Below, one piece after another: positions 36,021 through 45,033 of a stretch of DNA of 64,000 nt (position 1 is the stretch's first letter; every line of letters begins with the position of its first letter). The translations under genes were made by a program, and so were the position numbers. The stretch lies in the IMG/VR virus record IMGVR_UViG_3300012668_000143, positions 26,403 through 90,402 of that record. One strand, given 5' to 3'. Below the pieces are notes generated by a model that was not told the DNA's origin, did not search any database, and saw nothing but the letters and a program-made list of their open reading frames with translations. Source of the stretch: a virus.

Positions 36021-37802
36021 TTAGCCCATAACTACTAACCCGCCAAGCGCGGTGGCAATGGATACCGGCATATCCGGCTTAAAACTAATACCGAAGCCGG
36101 CGCGCTCGACAAAGCCTTCTGCAATCTTCGGTGTCGGTTCGTATTCGTACGAAACGCGCGCGACCGGGTAATCGCCAGGAACCGTCAGATAGCCGGCCAT
36201 GTCTGGCAATGTCAAAATCTGTGAGGTCAGCACTACGTCGCGCAAGTTACGTCGTGGCATGACGCTTACGCCGTCGCGCTGCGAATTTATGCCGAAACTC
36301 ATCGATTCCTCTTTTTCGTCCAGTTCTGCTTCTCCTATCAGTTTTGCTAAAACCTGCGCTGCGGTGCCGTCTGTCACGCGCAGCAATAACTTGGTTTGGC
36401 AGCCGGAAATAATCGTCTTTGCTAAATGCTGGCCGTAAATCTCGGTTAGCTGCGAAAAGTCCTGAATTCCGATCACGCAGCACAATCCGTATTTTCTAGT
36501 ATTGGTCAGAGCGAGTTTCAGAATGTCGAGTTTTTGCAGAGTCGGGAGTTCGTCAATAAAAAACCATAGGCGTTCGCGGTGAATCGCCGATAGATCGAGA
36601 ACCGCTTTTATGGCGGTGTCGATCCAGAGCGACAGTACCGGCTTGAGCGCAGTTCGCATGGATTCCCGCGCAGTGATAAACATCCACGAATCGGACTCGT
36701 CGCGTACCCAGCGCCGGATCGAGAATGGCGCTCCTTCGTCCGGTAGGAACCGGAACGACTCAAGCTGATTTTGCACGGTCATCTTTAAGTTCATGCCGGT
36801 GCGCTCGGTTTTGGGATCAACGTAAGTCGCGCCAGCCGTTCCTTGCAACAGAGCGTGTAAGTCTGCTAAATTGCTTTTAGCGATTGCGTTGTAAAGATCG
36901 GCATTGGTGCGCCGGCCCGTTGCGCCAAGAACGCGGTAAACGTCTTTTAGCACCATTCGGCCCGCCAGCGACCAAAACGGATCGCCATTCGGCGGGTCTG
37001 GAATCAGGCCAGTTGCCAGATTGTCGAAATGATAATCCTGCTCGATCTCATCCCAAATCGTCCACAATGGGCTGCGGGCATCGAGCGGATTCATCAATAC
37101 GTCCTTGCCCTCGCGATAAAACGCCTCGGTGAATTCTCCGGTCGGATCGTACACAATGGCGCGTTTGCCGCGTGCCCGCACTTGTTGCATCAGCCGGAAA
37201 AATTGCTGCGATTTGCCGACGCCTTGCGCACCACAAAACAGGGTATGCAGCGGTTCGGAACCTTTGCGCATCGGCACGCCTGCTATTTCGTATGGACTGC
37301 AATCGTCGCGCTGCTCCATGATCCCGCGCAACTGTGGCCCATCGACAAGGTATGCACCGCGCAACCGTTGATCGCGCATTTTGGATTTGCCGTAACGCCA
37401 CCATAAGACGATCAATAGAAAAACGAAGCCGGTAGTTGTCAGTGCGCCGATCAGCACGGAATTCCGCAATTTGCGCAATGCTTCATTCGCGTCGTAGTCG
37501 GTCAGGTCGGCTACTTCCTTCACTGTCAACATTTGCCGCTCGCCGTCGGCGTACAACTCCATTTTGGCGTGCGTCATGAAAAGCGCCGTCCGAACGTGCG
37601 CGAGGCCGTTGCGCACCACCGCATAGCGTTCGACCTGAGTGCTGGCTTTGGCGAAATAGACACATCCGACGATCAGGCCTACGAGTAGCGAAAGTATGCC
37701 GGCGGCAAAAATTGACACGAGGAACATATGTGCCTGATGCCGCCAAATCTCGGAGCCGCGCATGAAACTACCGGCGGCGCTTTTGTCGTCACGCTGAGTC
37801 AT
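36021..37802 (-). CDS. traD: Type IV coupling protein (TraD/TrwB family)
   Basis: Two N-terminal TMs, GAQGVGKS, VYDPTGEF, NPLDARS, FFIDELPTLQKL. Confidence 0.95.
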   Translation of the reverse strand: MTQRDDKSAAGSFMRGSEIWRHQAHMFLVSIFAAGILSLLVGLIVGCVYFAKASTQVERYAVVRNGLAHVRTALFMTHAKMELYADGERQMLTVKEVADLTDYDANEALRKLRNSVLIGALTTTGFVFLLIVLWWRYGKSKMRDQRLRGAYLVDGPQLRGIMEQRDDCSPYEIAGVPMRKGSEPLHTLFCGAQGVGKSQQFFRLMQQVRARGKRAIVYDPTGEFTEAFYREGKDVLMNPLDARSPLWTIWDEIEQDYHFDNLATGLIPDPPNGDPFWSLAGRMVLKDVYRVLGATGRRTNADLYNAIAKSNLADLHALLQGTAGATYVDPKTERTGMNLKMTVQNQLESFRFLPDEGAPFSIRRWVRDESDSWMFITARESMRTALKPVLSLWIDTAIKAVLDLSAIHRERLWFFIDELPTLQKLDILKLALTNTRKYGLCCVIGIQDFSQLTEIYGQHLAKTIISGCQTKLLLRVTDGTAAQVLAKLIGEAELDEKEESMSFGINSQRDGVSVMPRRNLRDVVLTSQILTLPDMAGYLTVPGDYPVARVSYEYEPTPKIAEGFVERAGFGISFKPDMPVSIATALGGLVVMG

Positions 37803-38164
37803 ACGGATTCCTTGAGTTTTGCCATTTTCGCCTTGGCCGCGTCTTGGGCCTTGTATAGAACCTGGATGTTTTGCGCCGTGACAATCGCAGTTAGCATCGC
37901 CTCGCTGGTGAGTAGCGAGAGCGCAATGTCGTCGGGGATGCTGCGCACTGAGGCCGGAATTGTGGCGATTAGGGCCTGTATCCTGGCTTCTACTTCATGG
38001 ATGTTTTCGGCTATGACGCCTTCATGGAGCGTTTGCCTCAGGAACTCGGCCATGCTCACACCAGCGGCATTTGCCTTGCGCCGGTAGAAGTCCGCCGTAT
38101 TCTGATCGAGGCGAATATTGAAGCGATCCGTCGCACCCTTGCCGTGGGCTTTGTTCCAAGTCAT
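37799..38164 (-). CDS. RHH relaxosome accessory protein (TrwA/MobC-like)
   Basis: RFNIRLD..TADFYRRKANAAGVSMAEFLRQ; lies between oriT and the coupling protein, as trwA does in R388. Confidence 0.7.
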   Translation of the reverse strand: MTWNKAHGKGATDRFNIRLDQNTADFYRRKANAAGVSMAEFLRQTLHEGVIAENIHEVEARIQALIATIPASVRSIPDDIALSLLTSEAMLTAIVTAQNIQVLYKAQDAAKAKMAKLKESV

Positions 38165-38209
38165 GTTCGCTCTATGTAGAACGCAGATATGCGGGAGAAT
38201 ACCACGTAA

Positions 38210-38310
38210 CGGTGTCGCCACAAAGCGGGCGTCGGTGTCGCCAAACAGCTACATAGGTGAGATGGGCGCTTGTTTTGACGTGCAACTACGTTGCGTGGTG
38301 TCTGGTGGGT
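38210..38310 (+). promoter_or_regulatory. oriT, predicted nic between 38303 and 38304
   Basis: GCAAC-TAC-GTTGC hairpin then GTGGTGTCT|GGTGG; same layout as the R388 (GCACC-GAAA-GGTGC GTATTGTCT|) and F nic regions. CGGTGTCGCCA direct repeat at 38210 and 38233. Confidence 0.75.
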
Positions 38311-38449
38311 TCTAAAGGGGTTCGGGGCATACCCCGATGCCTGCATATATCGTGCCGGTTTTATTGAAAAAGGCCGCAGCGGATTTATCGCGGTGGCGCT
38401 GGAAAACCGCGTTCGAGCCGCGTCAGCATCGCGGCTGGGTGTTGCGCAC

Positions 38450-38478
38450 TTGACATAAAGTTGATTCGGGTCTACAAT
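38450..38478 (+). promoter_or_regulatory. Near-consensus sigma70 promoter of the leading-region operon
   Basis: TTGACA-17 bp-TACAAT. Confidence 0.8.
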
Positions 38479-38514
38479 TTCAACTGTAGGCAAATCACAA
38501 AAGAGGGATACGAG

Positions 38515-38796
38515 ATGGATTTGAGTACGGAAGACTATATTCGCGGCAAGAGAGCCGCAATCCTGAAGGTGCTGAATTCCTGTTTAAGGGAACTTGGTAT
38601 TGACGATCCGGTGACGATGCAGAGCAAATGGATTGCAGAGCGCGAGGAGACGGTCGCGATGCTGCGGCAGGTTTGCGCGGAACACGGCGACAATGAGTGG
38701 CCTGACGATTTGCACTTGGCTGATGTGGTCGATAAGCACTTGTGGAACCATCTTGAGAGATTGGCTCAGAAATTACGCGCCCGCAATCAACCATGA
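38515..38796 (+). CDS. Hypothetical leading-region protein
   Basis: First ORF after the promoter; GAGGGA RBS. Confidence 0.7.
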   Translation: MDLSTEDYIRGKRAAILKVLNSCLRELGIDDPVTMQSKWIAEREETVAMLRQVCAEHGDNEWPDDLHLADVVDKHLWNHLERLAQKLRARNQP

Positions 38797-39059
38797 AGGA
38801 AATCAAACAGGATTGGGAAAAAATGAAAAGCGGCACTATTTCAGAGCACGATGAACTTCTACATGGGTGGACGCTGCGCGCGGAACGCCACAAAGCGATT
38901 CTCAATATCGCTGCAAAGCATTTTCCCAAGTGGTTGCTGCCTATAGTGCGTAGGCGCTTGCTGAACTTTGCCGACGAAATGCAAAAGTGCGCCGCGCAAA
39001 TACCGCCTATATCTGATGAGGAGTACGACGGAAGACTTTCGCCTTGGCCGCATTTGTAA
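38793..39059 (+). CDS. Hypothetical protein
   Basis: ATGA-coupled to the previous gene. Confidence 0.6.
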   Translation: MKEIKQDWEKMKSGTISEHDELLHGWTLRAERHKAILNIAAKHFPKWLLPIVRRRLLNFADEMQKCAAQIPPISDEEYDGRLSPWPHL

Positions 39060-39099
39060 TAGCCATGACCCGTCCGCACTCCGACCGGAGAATGAAAAA

Positions 39100-39492
39100 A
39101 TGAAAACCGGAATAAACATCACCATCTCGCGCAACAGCCAGGACGAGATAAATTTGACACTGATTGATTCAGCGTCAGGAATCCAGTTTGTTGACGCAAT
39201 GCTTAGCCTGGCTGACTTCGCGTCCGTCATTACTGGAATTGGTATGGTTCCCATAACAGCCGATCTGCGCGGGCTGGAATATGTCGGTAAAAACAAGGTC
39301 ATGGAGAGCCGCACAATCGAATGTCAGCTTAAGACCTCCGATAAAGAAGCACTGAAATCGTGGCTGGCTACCAACTGTAAAGAGGACGGCTGGCTGATTG
39401 ACAACTATCTCGGTCGCCAGTCGTCTGTTTTTGTGAAGGACAATAGACGATACTTGAACTACAGCGTTTACAAATACGTGGACGCCGAATGA
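39100..39492 (+). CDS. Hypothetical protein
   Basis: Clean 130-aa ORF with GGAG RBS, between repeat copies 1 and 2. Confidence 0.7.
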   Translation: MKTGINITISRNSQDEINLTLIDSASGIQFVDAMLSLADFASVITGIGMVPITADLRGLEYVGKNKVMESRTIECQLKTSDKEALKSWLATNCKEDGWLIDNYLGRQSSVFVKDNRRYLNYSVYKYVDAE

Positions 39493-39526
39493 CTCGCCCA
39501 CACTCCGACCGCTCGCATGACAACCA

Positions 39527-39784
39527 ATGGCTAATACAAAACACATCGCATACAGAGAACTAGAACGATTGATCGCTAGACGCATTCATGAGAAGGAAAG
39601 CGAGATACAAAAAGTTGAGACCGCTATTTGGCAACTGAAAATACAACGCGAAGGCGCCATGGCATACATCCGTGGTCTGAAGGATCGTGTCAATGAAGAA
39701 AGTGCCAGTAAGTTAGATGATGCGCCAGACCTGCCGGAACAGTTCGGGAGCTTCAGTGATGACCAGTGCTTCCGTGATGACTAG
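39527..39784 (+). CDS. Hypothetical coiled-coil protein
   Basis: ORF between repeat copies 2 and 3. Confidence 0.55.
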   Translation: MANTKHIAYRELERLIARRIHEKESEIQKVETAIWQLKIQREGAMAYIRGLKDRVNEESASKLDDAPDLPEQFGSFSDDQCFRDD

Positions 39785-39950
39785 GCCGCACTCCGACCGC
39801 TCGCAAGGCCGAAAGCCTCTGTATCCAGGTGAGCGCCTGGTAGCGTGGCATGTCAGATTAACTCAGGCGCAGCGCGACAAGGCGATCGCACTCGGTGGGG
39901 CACCGTGGTTGCGACGCTTTCTGGATAATTTGACGACAGGTGCAAAATGA
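39777..39950 (+). CDS. Small RHH-like DNA-binding protein
   Basis: GRKP...VRLTQAQRDKAIALGGAPWLRRFLD; paralogue of 47560-47739. Confidence 0.7.
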   Translation: MTRPHSDRSQGRKPLYPGERLVAWHVRLTQAQRDKAIALGGAPWLRRFLDNLTTGAK

Positions 39951-40117
39951 AATATCACGTCTACAAACACGACCGCGACTTCGGCATACTCGAAGCCGCA
40001 ACCACTCAGGCGGCACGCGACCTTGCGGCGCAACAGTCCGGGTACACGGATGAGGCAGACATGAAGATGCAAGAGGGTTATGCAGAGCTTGTTGCGGTAC
40101 GGGCGAGTTGGGAATGA
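39947..40117 (+). CDS. Small hypothetical protein (56 aa; below the ORF-track cutoff)
   Basis: ATGA-coupled at both ends. Confidence 0.55.
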   Translation: MKYHVYKHDRDFGILEAATTQAARDLAAQQSGYTDEADMKMQEGYAELVAVRASWE

Positions 40118-40644
40118 CCGACCTAGAACTCAGAGCAAAAGATTTCGCCACGCGGCACCACGCGGCAATAGGGCATGTGCGCAAATATACAGGCGATGCC
40201 TATATCAATCATCCTGCCGCAGTAGCCGAACTCGTCCGCAGCGTGCCACATAACGAAGCGATGCTGTGCGCGGCGTATCTACATGATACTGTTGAGGACA
40301 CGGCGGCTACGCTCGATGATGTAGAGCGCCTGTTTGGTTACGAGATTGCCTGCCTGGTTGAATCGCTGACCGACATTAGCAAGAAATCGGACGGGAACCG
40401 GGCGGCGCGAAAAGCGATAGATCGCGCGCATACCGCCAAAGCATCGGCAGACGCAAAGACGGTAAAGCTGGCGGATTTGATCGACAACGCACGGAGCATT
40501 GTCGAACACGACGCAAAGTTCGCACAAGTGTACTTGTCGGAAAAGGCGCTATTGCTAGACGTGTTGCGCGAAGGCGACGCCGAGTTGTGGAATATGGCGA
40601 ATGAAATTGTGAAACAGTCGGTGAACGCATTGGAGCAAAAATGA
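40114..40644 (+). CDS. HD-domain small alarmone hydrolase-like protein (SpoT-HD/Mesh1 family)
   Basis: H....RKYTGDAYINHP..VA, AAYLHDTVEDT, VKLADLIDN. Confidence 0.9.
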   Translation: MTDLELRAKDFATRHHAAIGHVRKYTGDAYINHPAAVAELVRSVPHNEAMLCAAYLHDTVEDTAATLDDVERLFGYEIACLVESLTDISKKSDGNRAARKAIDRAHTAKASADAKTVKLADLIDNARSIVEHDAKFAQVYLSEKALLLDVLREGDAELWNMANEIVKQSVNALEQK

Positions 40645-41048
40645 CCGGCACCGCACTAGCAGCAAAAGCCACAGCACCTACCACTGGCACGGCACCGGAA
40701 TCCCGCAATGAGACAGCGAAGGCGCTAATCCGAGAAATGGCGATGGACATCGGAAAGGAAGTAGCCGCGTACATCGAGGTCATGTACCCGGATGCTGTTA
40801 CGGCGGCATCGAGCACATTTCTCCTATCTGTGCGCAATTGCATCCACAACGAGATTATGGCCGCGATCGAAGTTAGCGACGAAGGGAAGATTGTCGCAAG
40901 GCTCGCCGAACGCAAGATATTTCGGCGGAAGTGGAAAGTCGCGTATAAGAATATTAGGGAGAATGATGGAAAAGGCTACACTGTCGAAGAAGCAGAACAG
41001 GCTATTCAGGCGCTAATTGCCGAAAACAATCAACCGGAGCAAAAATGA
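40641..41048 (+). CDS. Hypothetical phage-type protein
   Basis: ATGA-coupled; AMDIGKEVAAYIEVMYP helix. Confidence 0.7.
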   Translation: MTGTALAAKATAPTTGTAPESRNETAKALIREMAMDIGKEVAAYIEVMYPDAVTAASSTFLLSVRNCIHNEIMAAIEVSDEGKIVARLAERKIFRRKWKVAYKNIRENDGKGYTVEEAEQAIQALIAENNQPEQK

Positions 41049-41350
41049 AACCCGCCACAAAACGCACCCGCACCCCACGTCAGCCAAAAGATTTCGACAG
41101 CGAAATTGCAGCTGCCGAGGCTCGACTAACGAAGCTGCGATCCGCGAAAAGAGAGAAAGAGCGACGCGACCAAGAAGAGAACACCGAGGCCGTTATTGCA
41201 TTTATCAAGCGCAACGGCTGGCATGCGATCAGCGTAACGAGGTGGCAGTCGGTAGAAATGGGGATCGAAAGCGTACTGCGTAGTGCGCCTATCGCGGAAC
41301 CGGCGAAATTTCAGGAATGGGCGAGCGGGCCGGAACAGGAGGCAGCATGA
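41045..41350 (+). CDS. Hypothetical basic coiled-coil protein
   Basis: ATGA-coupled; charged coiled coil. Confidence 0.65.
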   Translation: MKPATKRTRTPRQPKDFDSEIAAAEARLTKLRSAKREKERRDQEENTEAVIAFIKRNGWHAISVTRWQSVEMGIESVLRSAPIAEPAKFQEWASGPEQEAA

Positions 41351-41865
41351 AAGTGTTCGGGTGTACGACGTACTACCGTAACAAACCGACACGGCTATTT
41401 GTTGCCACAACTAGCCAACAGAAGGCGGCCGACTTGTTCGGGATGACGGTACGTGAACTACACGATGGCGGGACTACGCGCGGGCCGGAGACAAACAATC
41501 CGATAGAAAGAGAGTTAGCACTGGCCGAGCCAGGCGTGGTATTTGTGGCCGACAACTTGCGCCATGAGCGAATCGAGAAAGTTGGTGCAGAAAGTGAAGG
41601 CGGCATGAAACCGAACCTAAAACGCCCGCACGATCCTATAGCGCTCGCCAAGCTCGTCGGCGATATTGCGACTGGGCAAGTTGGCGATAGCCGCGAAATC
41701 AGCACGCGAGAGGCGCTTGATGCGCTGGCGCGGCATAGGCCGGATTGCACGCAATGGCTGGTGCAAGCAGCATTGCTTATGCAATGCATAAATGCGCCTG
41801 GAGTGGATCACGCCGAACTGCACGAAATGCTCATGGAGCATATTCGGGCTATGCCGGAGCTGTGA
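41347..41865 (+). CDS. Hypothetical, possibly chimeric protein
   Basis: ATGA-coupled; internal MKPNLKRPHDPIALAKLVGDIATG segment with its own upstream GAAGG. Confidence 0.55.
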   Translation: MKVFGCTTYYRNKPTRLFVATTSQQKAADLFGMTVRELHDGGTTRGPETNNPIERELALAEPGVVFVADNLRHERIEKVGAESEGGMKPNLKRPHDPIALAKLVGDIATGQVGDSREISTREALDALARHRPDCTQWLVQAALLMQCINAPGVDHAELHEMLMEHIRAMPEL

Positions 41866-42043
41866 TGGCACAATCGCGGAAAGATTACTCAGAACTAGAT
41901 GATGCGATCTTGGCGCAGATTCAAGATGGAACAGGAACCTTTCCTACACGTTGTTTGAAGATAACGGAAAAGGCTATTCCACATTGTGGTAACTGTTCCA
42001 CGCCCTAAAGGGCTAGGCTTTCCACTATCCCGGAGCGTTTTCG

Positions 42044-42307
42044 ATGAACCTCAAATTACCAAAGCCAAGCGCCAGTATCAATCCAGCGGAGCAGTGCCGC
42101 GAAATGGGAATCAAGGTCGGAGATACTATCGAAGGCCGCGAGACGCATGAAGCCGAATGGCACGATGCGCGGCTAACGCTGCTTTGGCTCGGCGATGAAA
42201 TAGCTGTGTGGCGCGTATCGGAGCGGTGGCATGATCGATTAAATTGGGTGGATTCCGGCGAAGATGCGGATTGGACGCTGGAGTGCCGGGAGTGGCACAG
42301 GGTCTAG
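42044..42307 (+). CDS. Hypothetical protein
   Basis: GGAG RBS; Trp-rich; converges on the leftward operon. Confidence 0.6.
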   Translation: MNLKLPKPSASINPAEQCREMGIKVGDTIEGRETHEAEWHDARLTLLWLGDEIAVWRVSERWHDRLNWVDSGEDADWTLECREWHRV

Positions 42308-42720
42308 GAAACGCGCGCCAAACTTCGCAATCGCACCTGCGCAAAATAAAGCTGCGAAACGTCCAAGCGCGGCAGAATCGCATCGAAAGTGCTGACCGCC
42401 ACTTCTATCGGCCTCAGCTCGAATTCACGCAGCGCCGGAACCGCGTCAATCTTCGACGCGATCTGGTTCATAGACGATGCGCCGCCAGCGATTAGCTGGG
42501 CCTCGTGCGTGAATCTGGAATCGTTCTCAATCGCCAGCATTGCCACATTCAGCAGAGTACCGATTGCGTCGAAAGCGTCTGAGTTCGGAGAATGGCGAAG
42601 AGCGGACAGACTGCCATGAAGCTGCAAGGCGATTACACGGTGGAGATCGCCTTCGCCTACCATCGGGATGTTGATGGTGCGAGGGCGGTAGTGCTTGCGT
42701 GGTTTGGTGGTGCGCGACAT
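42304..42720 (-). CDS. Hypothetical phage-type protein
   Basis: KPRKHYRPR basic N-terminus; last gene of the leftward run. Confidence 0.65.
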   Translation of the reverse strand: MSRTTKPRKHYRPRTINIPMVGEGDLHRVIALQLHGSLSALRHSPNSDAFDAIGTLLNVAMLAIENDSRFTHEAQLIAGGASSMNQIASKIDAVPALREFELRPIEVAVSTFDAILPRLDVSQLYFAQVRLRSLARVS

Positions 42721-42723
42721 TGA

Positions 42724-43080
42724 TTACAACGACGCTCGAATGCGTTCCAAAGCGGCTTTGACGTTTCCTTCCGCAGTCGCCATTTCCGCCAGGAGCTCCG
42801 CAACCAATGCTGCGTGACCGGCCTCAGCTTCGGCCCAAATGAAATAGCGCCGCATGGCGCCAGTGCTCCCGTCCTCGCCAAGAAAAACCAAAGTCTCGAA
42901 AAGCAGCGGATCGCCGCCAGCGCCGAAATTGTGATCCAAGCCTAGAAATACGGTCGAGACCAAAGCATCGCCGACGCGGGTTTTAGCAACTATGCGGTAG
43001 GCAGTTTCGAACCATGCGGCCCAGGACAAGAGATCGGGCGCGGCGATTGCGGTGTGGCCGTCTAGGATGTAGTAGTGCAT
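42724..43080 (-). CDS. Hypothetical phage-type protein
   Basis: VSTVFLGLDHNF....PLLFETLVF motif, a conserved small phage family. Confidence 0.7.
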   Translation of the reverse strand: MHYYILDGHTAIAAPDLLSWAAWFETAYRIVAKTRVGDALVSTVFLGLDHNFGAGGDPLLFETLVFLGEDGSTGAMRRYFIWAEAEAGHAALVAELLAEMATAEGNVKAALERIRASL

Positions 43081-43123
43081 CGAGGTTTTGCTGCTAAACG
43101 CTTTTTGGTGTCGCCGTTTTGAG

Positions 43124-43146
43124 TTATCCACATTTTCTGTGCATAA
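43124..43146. promoter_or_regulatory. Inverted DnaA-box pair
   Basis: TTATCCACA (perfect) at 43124 and TGTGCATAA (1 mismatch) at 43138. Confidence 0.55.
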
Positions 43147-43185
43147 CCCTGTGCACGAATATGATGCCATTTAGCCAGCCACGTG

Positions 43186-43896
43186 TTACGGTTTCTGTGC
43201 CTTTTTGGACTTCATAAAATCTTCTGGGTGTTTTCCAGATTTTCGCCTATTGCAGAGTCCATGCAAAAGTTGAACGTTGTCATCGGTATTGCTGCCGCCA
43301 AGCGATAACGGCATGACATGATCTATTTCGCTATTTGAGGTCAACGGTAAGTCACAGACCGTACATAGTCCGGTTTGTGATGTAAAGAGCCGTTCCTTTA
43401 TATCCTCGGACAAAGAATTGTTGTCAGCATCACGCTCTAGGTCTAAATCCTCTTGTGTCAGGCGCTCTATTCGGATGTTGCCGGTGTCTGATAAATCGGA
43501 TATGGCAAGCGCCTCCTTCAGATTGGCTATTTCCTGTTCAAATGAGTTAGTCGTGTAATTCCAAGTAGCTCTCGCCCGGGGATTCTCTGTTTTATCCACG
43601 ATAAGGACTCTCTCCTTTAATTGGTATCCATTATTCCGCCCGGATCGGGTCTTAACCAGATACCCCATGTTTGCTAATTTGATGATTGATCGCTTGATCT
43701 GTTTCCCAGAGACTCCGGCTAATTCTGAAATGTGCTCGATGCTAGGGAACGAATGCCCCGTGGCTAAATTGGCGTGGCACTTGATAACGCAGTAGGCAGC
43801 GAATGCGTGCGGCCCCATCCTTGCTGCATCGCCGTTCTTAATCAACGCCTTTGAGATGTGAATTATCTCTACTGAACAGTTATCGCGCATGGTCAC
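43186..43896 (-). CDS. HTH-HNH endonuclease fusion
   Basis: N-terminal wHTH (SFPSIEHISELAGVSGKQIKRSIIKLANMGYL); C-terminal C..C...EIDHVMPLSLGGSN...NVQLLHGLCNRRKS; AT-rich. Confidence 0.8.
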   Translation of the reverse strand: MTMRDNCSVEIIHISKALIKNGDAARMGPHAFAAYCVIKCHANLATGHSFPSIEHISELAGVSGKQIKRSIIKLANMGYLVKTRSGRNNGYQLKERVLIVDKTENPRARATWNYTTNSFEQEIANLKEALAISDLSDTGNIRIERLTQEDLDLERDADNNSLSEDIKERLFTSQTGLCTVCDLPLTSNSEIDHVMPLSLGGSNTDDNVQLLHGLCNRRKSGKHPEDFMKSKKAQKP

Positions 43897-43925
43897 TTGA
43901 TGTCGCCTTTTTTCTTTGTTGTGAA

Positions 43926-44141
43926 CAACTAGCGGTTGTTCAACTACAGGATGAAACTACTTTACTTCAACTACTTATAGTGTGGGGGTACCGTTTCACC
44001 ACAGCATCGGGTACCAATTCACCACAAACCGGGTACCGCTTCACCACAGGGCTAGGGTACCTTTTCACCAGTAACAAGTATGGTTATCCGCAGAAATTGT
44101 GGATAACTGTCTCGACAGCGGCAGGGTACCGTTTCACCACA
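43926..44141. promoter_or_regulatory. Plasmid replication origin: AT-rich repeats, 5 iterons, DnaA boxes
   Basis: GGGTACCnnTTCACCA(CA) at 43986, 44009, 44031, 44055 and 44124; DnaA boxes TTATCCGCA (44084) and TGTGGATAA (44098); (C/A)AACTA(C) at 43926, 43941, 43954 and 43968. Confidence 0.88.
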
Positions 44142-45033
44142 ATTGCGACGCTATAGCGGGTGAACTATCAGGCGAAACTTCAATCCCGCCCTCTCTTGCT
44201 CCGAGTACCAGCCCTGGATAAACCGCCTGTATCTTGAGCAAAGCCGGATTGATCGCCTTGCGGAGATTGGCGAGGTCTGCATAACTAGTCCCCAGCGCAG
44301 CCTGCAACTGCCGCCAGCTCATAAACCTTGCCCGACCGCCCTTCCCTGCCCGGAATGCCTGATACGTGAGCAACGAGTACAAATCGAGCGCCAGCGGACT
44401 TCTCTTGATGGCCCTGAGCGCCCGGAGATCGACTGGCACCGGATTGGCCGTAATCGCCGCGAAAAAGTCTGTGTCCAGTTCCACGTAGCTTTGCCAAAGC
44501 GCAGATTGTTGTGCCGGCGCCGGACTCCACCAATAAACCGTTTGCTTGGCGACTTGCATGTAGGCCGTGACTTGGGCTACATGGCCGTCCTGCTCCAAGC
44601 GGCTTTTGAAACTGATCCGCGCGGCAAACAGGCGGCGCATCTGTTGTTCCAGCCGAACTCGGTCGCTGCGAGGCCCTTTCCCGCGATCATCCAGTCCGAG
44701 ATCGTCCATGAAGGCTGCCAGCGTATCTCCGAGCACCAGGCGCGGCGTCTTGGTGCGGATGGCTTCTGTGGTAAGCCAGTAGAGCAACAGGCGCGGGATG
44801 ATCCCATACGGGTGTCCTATGGGGGTGCTGTCGTCGTTGTAGCCCTGCTGAATAGTCAGAGTTAGGTTGCCATTGCTGCGCGACCACACAGGCACGTTGC
44901 CTGGGTCAGCGTGCGGTAAAGTCGTTTGCACAAGCTGCCGCGCCAGAAACGCCTTATCTTGGTCTGTGGGCCGGTCGAGGGCGATTGAAACGCCGGCGTC
45001 TACGATCTTAGTTTGCTGGCGGGTGGCGCGCAT
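44134..45033 (-). CDS. repA: Plasmid replication initiator RepA (RepA_C family)
   Basis: FLARQLVQTTLPH.DPG, PYGIIPRLLLYWL, PVPVDLRAL.AIKRSPLALDLY; adjacent to the iterons. Confidence 0.88.
   Translation of the reverse strand: MRATRQQTKIVDAGVSIALDRPTDQDKAFLARQLVQTTLPHADPGNVPVWSRSNGNLTLTIQQGYNDDSTPIGHPYGIIPRLLLYWLTTEAIRTKTPRLVLGDTLAAFMDDLGLDDRGKGPRSDRVRLEQQMRRLFAARISFKSRLEQDGHVAQVTAYMQVAKQTVYWWSPAPAQQSALWQSYVELDTDFFAAITANPVPVDLRALRAIKRSPLALDLYSLLTYQAFRAGKGGRARFMSWRQLQAALGTSYADLANLRKAINPALLKIQAVYPGLVLGAREGGIEVSPDSSPAIASQLW

Larger units (their letters stand above)
39065..39805 (+). repeat. Three dispersed copies of ATGACnmGnCCrCACTCCGACCG(CTCGCA)
   Basis: Copies at 39065-39087, 39489-39517 and 39777-39805, each at the end of a gene. 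Confidence 0.85.
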
